Part shown: one piece after another, positions 1-12,800 of the stretch
How positions within the stretch are numbered: the stretch's first letter is position 1
Layout of the letters: every line of letters starts with the position of its first letter
Assembly (NCBI RefSeq): GCF_002105155.1
Contig: NW_019028989.1
Location: forward strand, 682,001-746,000
Direction of reading: 5' to 3'
DNA length: 64,000 nt
Origin: Lobosporangium transversale
Lineage: Eukaryota
Made by a program: the position numbers and the translations under genes
The notes under the pieces: model-generated
Database searches by the model: none
Told to the model about the DNA's origin: nothing
Seen by the model: only the letters and a program-made list of their open reading frames with translations

Positions 1-880
1 TTTGTTTTAGCCAACTCCCACACAGCTTTCAATCGGACCTTAGGATCTCTGATTCGACGTGCGCGAACAAACTTGCTATTGTTCTATAAAGATGATGCAA
101 TTATCCAGTAGATGCGATTGGCACTTTGTCATTGAGTGTCTTTTTTTTTTTTTTTTTTTTTTTTTTGTTTTTGTTTTTCTCTGTAGAGAGTTTATGTGGA
201 AAAAAAAAAAAAAAAAAAAAAAATACTAAACGACCAAATCCTTACATCGTCCACTTTGAGTTTTGAGCAGGAGTAGCATACACACTCAAGGATCTTTTTG
301 ACTTTTGTGAGGAAGCCTAGAAAGTTTAAACAGATATAGATCAGATTATAGATAATAAATGGATAATAAAGATTAACAATAGTAATTAAAAATAATAAAT
401 AATAAATTACAGTAACAAATAGTAAATAAATAAATGATAATAGTAGAAATGCTGTTTGATTAGAGCCAATTAAGTGTACCGTTGAGATAGACAGGCTTAG
501 CAAGCTCAATGTGCCCAAAGTGGCCAGGACACTCAGCCATGCCTTCAGAGCAAGTTTGGCACTTGAAGTTTCGGTTAATAGTTCCCATTCTAGGGTCATG
601 CAGGCCACCAATCTTAGGTCTCTTAGTGGCTTCGTCGATCAGTTCTGCATGCTCAATCTTGGCCACTGACATATTTTTCTATATTAAAAGAAAAAAAGAA
701 ATGTGAGAAACCGATAAGCATTTATTAATATTGCTTTACTTTACGGGAAGCAGCGATAATACATCTTGTTTCTCTTTTCATCATGAAACGTACAATTTCC
801 TCAGGTGAAAGGATGCCAAACTGTACGCAGTCCACACGCCGCAGCGGTGCTGATGAATATGCGAAACGTGTATTACTCAT
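1..880 (-). pseudogene. RPB1: Inverted duplicate of the RPB1 5' end (exons 1-3 and start of exon 4), running off the window edge
   Basis: Mirror of 9005-9885; encodes [30 protein letters not shown]. It could be a real duplicate or an assembly artefact, and completeness cannot be judged. Confidence 0.7.
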
Positions 881-3012
881 GATAGAGAAGGACAGATGAC
901 AGATGACAGAGCAAAGAGAGAATCAGATGGGAAAACTCCTGTCTTTATAGCTATTCTCCACTTTCTGCTGCGCATACGTAAAAATAAATCTTGGTGACGT
1001 ACGTAGCTGCGTGTCTAGAGCTTGAGCGCTAGCTAACACCTCAGCTAACACTTTTTTTTTGTTAAATGCACCTCAGCTAATACTTTTTTTTTTTTTTAAC
1101 ACTTTGTACCCTCACTCACGTTTCCAGCAGACGCCTAACGTTCTCACCCAATGCACCTCTTTTCCTCATTTTCCGATTACATGTCTAACGACCTAATTCA
1201 ATTCTATTGAAGTCCTCTCTTTTTTCTAGTCATTAAACCTTACAGCAGTAGACAAGTTTGTGAGTGATCCTTTCCCAAGCTTGTATTCATCACTAGGCTC
1301 AGAACCTTAAGAGGCTTCACCACCTTTACACGCATTACATGAGTCCTACATTGTCATAAAAAATTTACATTATATAACACATAAAAAATAATAAATAATT
1401 AAAGGATCTTTATTTTTCAGTGGGTGTCCATGAATTTGTACCTTGACCGCCCTTCAAACCTAGTCTTTAGGCAATTTGGCTGACTTAGTAGGATAGGTAG
1501 TTGATTTTCTGCTGCACTCAAGCCGAGGCTGTCTGAGTCTTTATCTCTTTCTTGCTCTCTCTTCATAGGCAGTATACAATCGACTCACCATGTTGACTAT
1601 GGCCGATCAGAATCTAGGAGAATAACAGGAAGATATTGGTACTAATATTTATTGACTCTCCTTGCTGCAATAGACATTTCATTTTATCTCGCACATTTGA
1701 ACTTCTTTTCACTCTGTCGTTGCTATCGTCCATAATTTCACCTGCTTTGTGCCTCCTTTCCCCTTCACGGCGGCCTTCCTCTGCCTCCTCCTCTCCTGCT
1801 TCGCTCTCTTCTCATTCTCTTCTTCTCTCTTTTTCTCCACTTCTTCCTTCCTAGCCAATATTTATCTTAAATGATCAAAATCATTTGATATGTAAACGGA
1901 TTATTCAGTAGGCGGCGGTCGTGTCCATTTTCTATAGTTTAGTTCCTTATGAAACTTGTAAGACTTCACTTCATTTATCCCTGGCCTTTCTGATTCCACG
2001 CACCTTCCTGATTCCGGATTCGGGGAGCCGTCGCTAACAAGAGACCATCACTTTCTAAAAAGTAGGAAAGCATATTAAACTTAGATTTATGTATAACTCC
2101 CATAAATTCTGAATGATAGGGACGATGATACTCCACTTACTTAGAGTAGACGTGCCCAATTCATGTACCAGTGTTATCTAATACAAAAATAACATAAACC
2201 TAGGACCGTAATCTACCCAGAAAGAGAGTTGATGTCATGTCCAAGCCATCCAGAATCTGAGTTTCAAGAGGAGCAGTACCTCGAGTCCAAATATGGCACT
2301 CTTGGAGGCAACATCAAAGTTGGGGCATACTTTAAGGTCTTGACTTTTAATGAATTCACAAGACTAATTTGAGTGCTAGAGTCAAAGGGAACGAAGCAGA
2401 CAACTTAAGGCAAGCTACGAAGAGAAATGAAGCGTAGCTTACAGCAGATACGCCAAAACAACCCATGCAGGGCCAAACAAAAGAAAGTTGGCTCCGAACC
2501 GCTTGTTTGGCAAACTCTGTTGCGATTAGCAGTCATTTACATGGGTTTTTACTATAGCTAAGATTTTTACCCTTTTTATTTAACGAAGATCCCTGGATCA
2601 TAATAAACACATCTTTCTTTCGTTCTCGTTACTTATTATGATCCTGGCATATTTCAAACTCCAAAACAAGCTCTGATATTAAGTAACCGTTATCTTAAAT
2701 ATACGACAAGACCTGGATCGTACATATTATAAGGGAAGAATCCATGGCCAGTGCCTGTATCCCATGAAAATGGCAAACATGAGAGAAGTCCATGTCCGCG
2801 AAACACAGATTTTTTTAATAAAAAAAAGAAAACTAATGAATCAGTCAAACTCTCCTGAAATCATCCATGTTTGGCCTCAGGCGCGTTCATTTTTTTTAGT
2901 TCGCTTAATATGGTGCTTTGCATTTTGTCCATTTTGTCCAAGGTGCTCTTCAGCTCGGCTGTGGTGCAGATCACAAGTAGACATGGCAAAGCATATTAGG
3001 CAAAAAATAACA

Positions 3013-3612
3013 TTAAAAAAATAAAAAATAAAAAGTACAGATATCAGAAAGCCTGTTGTCTGTTGTTCTCAACTGAATTGAATTGATATCAACTAACTTA
3101 CAGACATTCTCTTCTAGAGATCTTAGACGAGATGCTATAGTACCACCATCAGCTTCACTACCATACTTGCCGGGATCTGGTGAAGGAGAAAATGCCTTGC
3201 TGGGATCTGGTGGAGAGAAGAATTCTGCGGATATGACGACCGGGGTCGGGTCGAGATAATGGTGGTGCCTGCTGCGGTTGTCAGGCAGTGCCACAATCGT
3301 GGCGTTTTTTGGACATTTTTTTTTCTCCGTAAATATATCTAAAATCATCGTCTGGCACGCATGGCATCTGTGGACATGCCGAGGAAACCTTACATGTCCA
3401 ACTTCACTACATTCTTCCCCGGGCGGTTTGAACGTGCCAGTTTTTGTCGGTGTAGTAGTGTAGGCGATGCACAGCTTGTTGGGAATAAGTGGTTTGATGT
3501 AAACGATGGCACTTGTAGGTGTAGGGGAAGAAAGGCTTTCTTTATCATCGTAAGGAGGAGGGAGGGTATTAAGCGTGACAGCCTTGAATTTTTTTGTTAT
3601 AGCTTTAGGCAT
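3013..3612 (-). CDS. Hypothetical 199-aa ORF in the left IR arm (identical to 6273..6872)
   Basis: Longest ORF in the arm; no recognisable domain. Confidence 0.3.
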   Translation of the reverse strand: MPKAITKKFKAVTLNTLPPPYDDKESLSSPTPTSAIVYIKPLIPNKLCIAYTTTPTKTGTFKPPGEECSEVGHVRFPRHVHRCHACQTMILDIFTEKKKCPKNATIVALPDNRSRHHHYLDPTPVVISAEFFSPPDPSKAFSPSPDPGKYGSEADGGTIASRLRSLEENVCKLVDINSIQLRTTDNRLSDICTFYFLFF

Positions 3613-3948
3613 TACAAAAAAAAAAAGGAACTTGATGACAGGAGGAGAAGGTGTGAATTTCTTTTCATGTTGGCTGCCTTTTAAGTTGCGAGTACCCCAA
3701 CTTTTTTACACGACTTACTGCGTCGATATTATTTGAGCAGCATGCTTACATTTTACAGTCGATATTGATTTTTATAGGCGTTTTCTTAAGAAAAACGTCT
3801 ACAAATTTGATTAAATTGACCTCCCTAAATGTTTTATTCTAAAATGACGTTTGGAAAGTCACACATATATATTTCTCACATGACATGTGATGAGAAACAA
3901 AAATTTTTATTTTTTTTACTCATTGCTGCTTATAACAAAAAAAAAAAA

Positions 3949-5913
3949 CTACCCATTGCTGCTTCTCGACGTGTCAGTATCCACTTCATCCCTGCAGCTT
4001 GCACAAGTACGCACCAAGTCCTTCACTATCTTTCGGATCTCCCGTTTCTTTGCCGAGCCTTGGCTAGTCTTCTGTCTGATGTGTTTAAGGCCTTCATGAC
4101 TGAGTACTTCGTGATCTCCTGCTAAACGCTTCAATATTTGAAGGTCACATCCATATCCATATCGGCAAGCGGTGAGCTTTCAGCTTCAGCAGGGCTGGAA
4201 GTAGCACTACTAGGTTCTGCTACGTATTCGCTGCTTGTCCTATCTCCCATGGCCCTCTCCTGTTGCAGGGCTTCTTCAACTAGCTCTTGCTCATCCTTTT
4301 TCTGTACTACTTCGAAATGCCAGCCTTTGATCATAGAGACCTCAGCGATCAACTGCTGGAAGTATGCTCTCTCTTGATTTTTGTATCGGTTATGTCGAAT
4401 AAGCAGCCGCATTTCTTCATCGACTGCCGGCCTTTGACAACGGAGACGCTCACGCATTTCAGTCGGAAGGATTGGCGTTTTGGCAAAACAGTTTCGAAGC
4501 GTATGTGGCTTGATGTAACTCCATGCCTCAGGGATTAGTGCCCATGCTTCGCCGTTAGAAATAGATTTTTTGTTGCCAAAATTCTGAACGAGATACGTTT
4601 CGGAAGTAAGTAATTCCAAGAACGCCCGCTTGAAAACGCTTATCACCCCAGCATCGAGAGGCTGAGTTACTGGAGTGGTAGTCGCTGTATTCGGATATGC
4701 CTCCAAGGGATCCCTTCCTCTGGAACGCGCATGTCGATGTCGTTGTGCGCTGTCGCGGAGTCAAGGAGAAGAAGTGTGGGTTGCCAAAGCTCATCATCAA
4801 ACTTTTGCAACTACTTGATGAATATACATCGATTCATCCATCCTGAATCCGCTTTCTCTATAGTCATTTTCAATGCCTTATCTTGTTCGACTTGTCTCGC
4901 GAAGTGTTTGGCTAACGAATATCAAACAAATGCAATTGTCACGAAAAGAAATAAGAAAAAATAACAGCCAACATAGACTATTACATTCAATGTATTACCG
5001 ATGACTAATGGCTTCAATGAAGTCATTGTATTGGCCATAGAGAGAGAAGTGCCAGAGGCATTGATGCAAAATAAGATAGACACCTTGCATTCTCTGAGAG
5101 CTTTGGCACCAGTTTTGGAGGTTGGTATCGTATAGGATTTGGAATCCAGCTCTTTCAAATAGAACCCTGTTTCATTGCAATTAAATATATTATCGGGGGT
5201 GTACTCAGCGCAGATCTGGCGAATTTTTTTGAACTCAGGTTCAATTGCGTCCAAGAGCTGCCTCTCCATGAAGTTGACAATATGAAATACGATGGCGCTT
5301 CTTAAAAGTATCGAACCAATAAGCCGAAAATGATGGCTGTGCTTCAGATAGTGTATTTCCTGATTCATCTTGAAGATCACAGAGAACCGTGTATGTTACA
5401 TTGGCTGCGTGTTTGAGCATCCTGCCGTTGATATACCGACTTTTCTTTCGTTGTCGCTGTATCCAGTAGTAGAGGACTTCCTCGAGAACCACGTTTTTTC
5501 GCTCAACGATATAATGTGAGCCCGGGGGGTATACCTCGGCTGCAGCTCGAATTTTGTTTTCATTACGAAGTATTCGCTGAAAGCTACTTTTTGGAACGTA
5601 TAACTCCTATTAAGCATCCGAAAGATTTAGGAGAAAGCTTGACTGGGAGGCAGTCTTTCCGCTGTTCAAGGTAATGATAAATATCCAATAGCTCAACTTG
5701 TTTTTCAAGGGAGTATGAGAACCTAGACATCGGGATCTCAAACTGTTTGGGGTTTGGGAGCAAAATAACAGCGGACATGTCATTTTTTCGGGCACTCTTT
5801 AAAAGCTCACTATACCTCTGTTCATGAGTGCGGTCGAGCTCTTCCAGCTCGCACTTTGTATATTTTTTATCATACTTAGTGGGGAGGAGAAGGAGTTTTT
5901 TATTGTTTGGCAT
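3949..5913 (-). mobile_element. Decayed pogo/Tigger-type (CENP-B HTH + DDE_1) transposase
   Basis: Frameshifted fragments: LEEVLYYWIQRQR..INGRMLKHAA (CENP-B-type HTH), FSAYWFDTFKKRHRI..LHGEA, YTPDNIFNCNETGFY (usually N-x-DETG), VSILFCINASG..KPLVIG, TQPLDAGVISVFK. Confidence 0.85.
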
Positions 5914-5999
5914 CGTTTTAATTGAACTGTGGTGATGACTGTAAAAAGATGTAGACTTTTTTTGATTGTAAAGGGATGTAAAAGCTAACAAAAAAAGTG

Positions 6000-8900
6000 T
6001 GTCATGTGAGAAATATATATGTGTGACTTTCTAAACGTCATTTTAGAATAAAACATTTAGGGAGGTCAATTTAATCAAATTTGTAGACGTTTTTCTTAAG
6101 AAAACGCCTATAAAAATCAATATCGACTGTAAAATGTAAGCATGCTGCTCAAATAATATCGACGCAGTAAGTCGTGTAAAAAAGTTGGGGTACTCGCAAC
6201 TTAAAAGGCAGCCAACATGAAAAGAAATTCACACCTTCTCCTCCTGTCATCAAGTTCCTTTTTTTTTTTGTAATGCCTAAAGCTATAACAAAAAAATTCA
6301 AGGCTGTCACGCTTAATACCCTCCCTCCTCCTTACGATGATAAAGAAAGCCTTTCTTCCCCTACACCTACAAGTGCCATCGTTTACATCAAACCACTTAT
6401 TCCCAACAAGCTGTGCATCGCCTACACTACTACACCGACAAAAACTGGCACGTTCAAACCGCCCGGGGAAGAATGTAGTGAAGTTGGACATGTAAGGTTT
6501 CCTCGGCATGTCCACAGATGCCATGCGTGCCAGACGATGATTTTAGATATATTTACGGAGAAAAAAAAATGTCCAAAAAACGCCACGATTGTGGCACTGC
6601 CTGACAACCGCAGCAGGCACCACCATTATCTCGACCCGACCCCGGTCGTCATATCCGCAGAATTCTTCTCTCCACCAGATCCCAGCAAGGCATTTTCTCC
6701 TTCACCAGATCCCGGCAAGTATGGTAGTGAAGCTGATGGTGGTACTATAGCATCTCGTCTAAGATCTCTAGAAGAGAATGTCTGTAAGTTAGTTGATATC
6801 AATTCAATTCAGTTGAGAACAACAGACAACAGGCTTTCTGATATCTGTACTTTTTATTTTTTATTTTTTTAATGTTATTTTTTGCCTAATATGCTTTGCC
6901 ATGTCTACTTGTGATCTGCACCACAGCCGAGCTGAAGAGCACCTTGGACAAAATGGACAAAATGCAAAGCACCATATTAAGCGAACTAAAAAAAATGAAC
7001 GCGCCTGAGGCCAAACATGGATGATTTCAGGAGAGTTTGACTGATTCATTAGTTTTCTTTTTTTTATTAAAAAAATCTGTGTTTCGCGGACATGGACTTC
7101 TCTCATGTTTGCCATTTTCATGGGATACAGGCACTGGCCATGGATTCTTCCCTTATAATATGTACGATCCAGGTCTTGTCGTATATTTAAGATAACGGTT
7201 ACTTAATATCAGAGCTTGTTTTGGAGTTTGAAATATGCCAGGATCATAATAAGTAACGAGAACGAAAGAAAGATGTGTTTATTATGATCCAGGGATCTTC
7301 GTTAAATAAAAAGGGTAAAAATCTTAGCTATAGTAAAAACCCATGTAAATGACTGCTAATCGCAACAGAGTTTGCCAAACAAGCGGTTCGGAGCCAACTT
7401 TCTTTTGTTTGGCCCTGCATGGGTTGTTTTGGCGTATCTGCTGTAAGCTACGCTTCATTTCTCTTCGTAGCTTGCCTTAAGTTGTCTGCTTCGTTCCCTT
7501 TGACTCTAGCACTCAAATTAGTCTTGTGAATTCATTAAAAGTCAAGACCTTAAAGTATGCCCCAACTTTGATGTTGCCTCCAAGAGTGCCATATTTGGAC
7601 TCGAGGTACTGCTCCTCTTGAAACTCAGATTCTGGATGGCTTGGACATGACATCAACTCTCTTTCTGGGTAGATTACGGTCCTAGGTTTATGTTATTTTT
7701 GTATTAGATAACACTGGTACATGAATTGGGCACGTCTACTCTAAGTAAGTGGAGTATCATCGTCCCTATCATTCAGAATTTATGGGAGTTATACATAAAT
7801 CTAAGTTTAATATGCTTTCCTACTTTTTAGAAAGTGATGGTCTCTTGTTAGCGACGGCTCCCCGAATCCGGAATCAGGAAGGTGCGTGGAATCAGAAAGG
7901 CCAGGGATAAATGAAGTGAAGTCTTACAAGTTTCATAAGGAACTAAACTATAGAAAATGGACACGACCGCCGCCTACTGAATAATCCGTTTACATATCAA
8001 ATGATTTTGATCATTTAAGATAAATATTGGCTAGGAAGGAAGAAGTGGAGAAAAAGAGAGAAGAAGAGAATGAGAAGAGAGCGAAGCAGGAGAGGAGGAG
8101 GCAGAGGAAGGCCGCCGTGAAGGGGAAAGGAGGCACAAAGCAGGTGAAATTATGGACGATAGCAACGACAGAGTGAAAAGAAGTTCAAATGTGCGAGATA
8201 AAATGAAATGTCTATTGCAGCAAGGAGAGTCAATAAATATTAGTACCAATATCTTCCTGTTATTCTCCTAGATTCTGATCGGCCATAGTCAACATGGTGA
8301 GTCGATTGTATACTGCCTATGAAGAGAGAGCAAGAAAGAGATAAAGACTCAGACAGCCTCGGCTTGAGTGCAGCAGAAAATCAACTACCTATCCTACTAA
8401 GTCAGCCAAATTGCCTAAAGACTAGGTTTGAAGGGCGGTCAAGGTACAAATTCATGGACACCCACTGAAAAATAAAGATCCTTTAATTATTTATTATTTT
8501 TTATGTGTTATATAATGTAAATTTTTATGACAATGTAGGACTCATGTAATGCGTGTAAAGGTGGTGAAGCCTCTTAAGGTTCTGAGCCTAGTGATGAATA
8601 CAAGCTTGGGAAAGGATCACTCACAAACTTGTCTACTGCTGTAAGGTTTAATGACTAGAAAAAAGAGAGGACTTCAATAGAATTGAATTAGGTCGTTAGA
8701 CATGTAATCGGAAAATGAGGAAAAGAGGTGCATTGGGTGAGAACGTTAGGCGTCTGCTGGAAACGTGAGTGAGGGTACAAAGTGTTAAAAAAAAAAAAAA
8801 GTATTAGCTGAGGTGCATTTAACAAAAAAAAAAGTGTTAGCTGAGGTGTTAGCTAGCGCTCAAGCTCTAGACACGCAGCTACGTACGTCACCAAGATTTA

Positions 8901-9885
8901 TTTTTACGTATGCGCAGCAGAAAGTGGAGAATAGCTATAAAGACAGGAGTTTTCCCATCTGATTCTCTCTTTGCTCTGTCATCTGTCATCTGTCCTTCTC
9001 TATCATGAGTAATACACGTTTCGCATATTCATCAGCACCGCTGCGGCGTGTGGACTGCGTACAGTTTGGCATCCTTTCACCTGAGGAAATTGTACGTTTC
9101 ATGATGAAAAGAGAAACAAGATGTATTATCGCTGCTTCCCGTAAAGTAAAGCAATATTAATAAATGCTTATCGGTTTCTCACATTTCTTTTTTTCTTTTA
9201 ATATAGAAAAATATGTCAGTGGCCAAGATTGAGCATGCAGAACTGATCGACGAAGCCACTAAGAGACCTAAGATTGGTGGCCTGCATGACCCTAGAATGG
9301 GAACTATTAACCGAAACTTCAAGTGCCAAACTTGCTCTGAAGGCATGGCTGAGTGTCCTGGCCACTTTGGGCACATTGAGCTTGCTAAGCCTGTCTATCT
9401 CAACGGTACACTTAATTGGCTCTAATCAAACAGCATTTCTACTATTATCATTTATTTATTTACTATTTGTTACTGTAATTTATTATTTATTATTTTTAAT
9501 TACTATTGTTAATCTTTATTATCCATTTATTATCTATAATCTGATCTATATCTGTTTAAACTTTCTAGGCTTCCTCACAAAAGTCAAAAAGATCCTTGAG
9601 TGTGTATGCTACTCCTGCTCAAAACTCAAAGTGGACGATGTAAGGATTTGGTCGTTTAGTATTTTTTTTTTTTTTTTTTTTTTTTCCACATAAACTCTCT
9701 ACAGAGAAAAACAAAAACAAAAAAAAAAAAAAAAAAAAAAAAAAAGACACTCAATGACAAAGTGCCAATCGCATCTACTGGATAATTGCATCATCTTTAT
9801 AGAACAATAGCAAGTTTGTTCGCGCACGTCGAATCAGAGATCCTAAGGTCCGATTGAAAGCTGTGTGGGAGTTGGCTAAAACAAA
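6000..9885. repeat. Right arm of giant inverted repeat
   Basis: Reverse complement of 1-3885. Differences I could see are homopolymer lengths and one substitution (3853 G vs 6032 T). Confidence 0.97.
6273..6872 (+). CDS. Hypothetical 199-aa ORF, divergent from the transposase
   Basis: ORF track; possibly spliced and element-associated; no domain recognised. Confidence 0.3.
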   Translation: MPKAITKKFKAVTLNTLPPPYDDKESLSSPTPTSAIVYIKPLIPNKLCIAYTTTPTKTGTFKPPGEECSEVGHVRFPRHVHRCHACQTMILDIFTEKKKCPKNATIVALPDNRSRHHHYLDPTPVVISAEFFSPPDPSKAFSPSPDPGKYGSEADGGTIASRLRSLEENVCKLVDINSIQLRTTDNRLSDICTFYFLFF

Positions 9886-12800
9886 AATGGTCTGCGAGGG
9901 CGGCGATGAAATTGACGGTGAGATGGGCAACGAAATGGAAATTGATGAGCATGGAAACCCACAGCCAAAGAAAAAGTCACATGGAGGATGTGGGCATCGT
10001 CAGCCCATCTTCCGCAAAGAAGGTCTGGGACTGAGCGTTAATTTTAAGGCCAATGCCAACGATGACTCACAACCCGAAGGCAAGCGCACATTATCACCCA
10101 GCGATGCTTATCATATTCTCAAACGTATCTCTGACGAGGATATTGAGGCGATGGGATTGTCACCAGAATTTGCTCGGCCAGAGTGGATGATCATGACGGT
10201 CCTGCCCATTCCTCCTCTAGCAGTTCGTCCTAGTATTCAGATGGATGGATCAAGTACAGGAGAGGATGATCTGACTCACAAACTGTTCGCCATTATTAAG
10301 ACTAATGCTGATGTTTATCGATGTGCGCAAGATGGAACACCGGCTCATTTGATTCAGCAGCACGAACAACTGCTTCAATATCATGTGGCAACATACATGG
10401 ACAATGATATTGCTGGCCAGCCAGCAGCCGCGCATAAAAATGGACGACCTGTAAGGATAACTTATGACGTTATCTCAAGATTATTAAGTCCGAATATTGC
10501 GGGCATATCCATAACTGACATCTTTTTTTTTTTTTTTTTTTTTTTCTCTTCTTCTGGTTGATTATACATAGTTGAAATCAATCCGTGCACGTCTGAAGGG
10601 CAAAGAAGGTCGTTTGCGTGGGAATTTGATGGGTAAACGTGTGGATTTCTCGGCACGTACGGTCATTACAGGAGATCCTAACCTATCGATTGATGAGGTT
10701 GGTGTTCCGCGCAGTATTGCCCGAACGCTCACATTTCCAGAGCTGGTCACGCCTTACAACATTGACAAATTGCAGGAGTTGGTGAGAAATGGTCCGACGG
10801 AACATCCTGGCGCAGTATATGTGATTCGCGACGATGGGCAACGTATTGATTTGCGGTGGAACAAGCGCGAAGTACCTCTCCAGCTTGGATGGAAGGTTGA
10901 GCGCCATATCAATGACGGCGATGTGGTCATTTTCAACCGACAGCCTTCGTTGCACAAAATGTCTATGATGGGCCACAGGATTCGTGTTATGCCTTACTCG
11001 ACATTTCGCTTGAATTTGTCTGTTACATCTCCATATAATGCCGATTTCGACGGAGACGAGATGAATTTGCATGTGCCCCAGTCAGTAGAGACTCGAGCTG
11101 AGATCACAGAGATTTGCATGGTCCCTCGCCAAATTGTATCACCACAATCCAACAAACCAGTCATGGGTATCGTACAAGATACTTTGTGCGGTATCCGCAA
11201 GTTTACAAAGCGCGATTGTTTTCTGACCAAGGAGATGGTGATGAATCTGGTGATGTGGGTTCCTGGCTGGGAGGGCTTTTTGCCGACGCCTGCTATCCTG
11301 AAACCTAAGCCGCTATGGACTGGAAAACAATTAGTGAGCATGATTATCCCTAAGGGTATCAATTGTATTACATTTCATTCGACCCACCCTGATAATGAGG
11401 AAAGCGATATTTCACCTGGGGATACCAAAGTAATTGTCGAGAATGGCGAGCTGATCTGTGGTATTATTTGCAAGAAGACCGTTGGTACATCTGGAGGTGG
11501 ACTGATCCATGTTATTATGAATCAGCATGGGCCTGAAATTGCGAAAACATTTTTCAATGGATGCCAAACAGTTGTAAATTACTGGCTTCTTCATCACGGA
11601 TTCAGCATTGGTATTGGAGATACAGTCGCTGATCGTAACACTGTCATGACAATTACTTCAATTATCAACAATGCAACTACGAATGTGAGTGATTTGATTA
11701 TTCAAGCACAACAGGATAAGCTAGAGTGCAAACCTGGTATGACACTGCGTGAGACATTCGAGTCAAATGTCAACAGAGCATTGAACACAGCCCGTGATGA
11801 TGCTGGTAAGATGGCGCAACAGAGTTTGCGCGAGGATAACAATGTCAAACAGATGGTTATCTCAGGATCGAAGGGTTCGTTCATCAACGTTTCGCAAATG
11901 ACAGCCTGTGTGGGTCAACAAAACGTGGAAGGAAAGCGTATTCCTTTCGGTTTCAAGTACCGCACATTACCTCATTTTACAAAAGACGACCACTCACCTG
12001 AGAGCCGTGGATTTGTCGAGAATTCATATCTCCGAGGTCTTACTCCTCAGGAATTCTTTTTCCATGCCATGGGAGGTCGTGAAGGTAAGGATCAAAGACC
12101 GGATCACATATATTATATAAACGGTACTAATGTTAGTGAGCGTAATAATCAACGTTATGATACATTTCGATTGCTTTATTTCTCTTGCAATTTAAAGGTT
12201 TAATTGATACCGCTGTTAAGACTGCCGAGACTGGCTATATCCAGCGTCGTCTCGTCAAAGCTTTGGAGGATGTGATGGTCAAGTATGATGGCACTGTGAG
12301 AAACTCTCTCGGGCACGTGGTTCAATTCTGTTACGGCGAGGACGGTATGGATGCTTGCCACGTTGAGAAGCAGCGCATTGACACCGTGAAGATGTCGAAC
12401 GCACAGTTTGAGAAGAAGTTTCAGATTGATCTTACAGATAAAGCTAAAGGCTTCAAGCCGGGTGCTTTAGATTACTCTGTGATCAAGGCAATGGAGGAGG
12501 CAGATATAGAGTCAGTGAAGCGTGGTGAACCTGACATGCAGACACTATTGGAGCAGGAATTCAGGCAGCTTGAGGCCGACCGCCATCTTCTGCGCAACTA
12601 CATCTTCACCGAAGGCGATGACTCGTGGCCCCTTCCCACTAACATCAAGCGATACATTTGGAACTCGAAACAAATGTTTCACGTAGATCATAAGCGACCA
12701 AGTGACCTTGATCCCCGCCACATTTTGGAGAGTGTTAAGAATTTGGAGAAGCAGCTTATAGTGGTACGCGGCACGGACCGTATCAGTGTAGAGGCTCAAG

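Larger units (their letters stand above)
1..3885. repeat. Left arm of giant inverted repeat (mirror of 6000-9885)
   Basis: Base 1 onward is the reverse complement of 9885 backward. ORF pairs are identical on opposite strands (3013..3612-/6273..6872+, 192..611-/9274..9693+, 1636..1854+/8031..8249-). Identity ends at 3885/6000. The arm may extend beyond the window. Confidence 0.97.

Noticed and set aside
3949..5913. The pogo transposase as mobiliser of the PIN-Fanzor elements
   Set aside because: It is 15 kb or more away and I saw no shared terminal sequence. Trans-mobilisation cannot be excluded but is unsupported.
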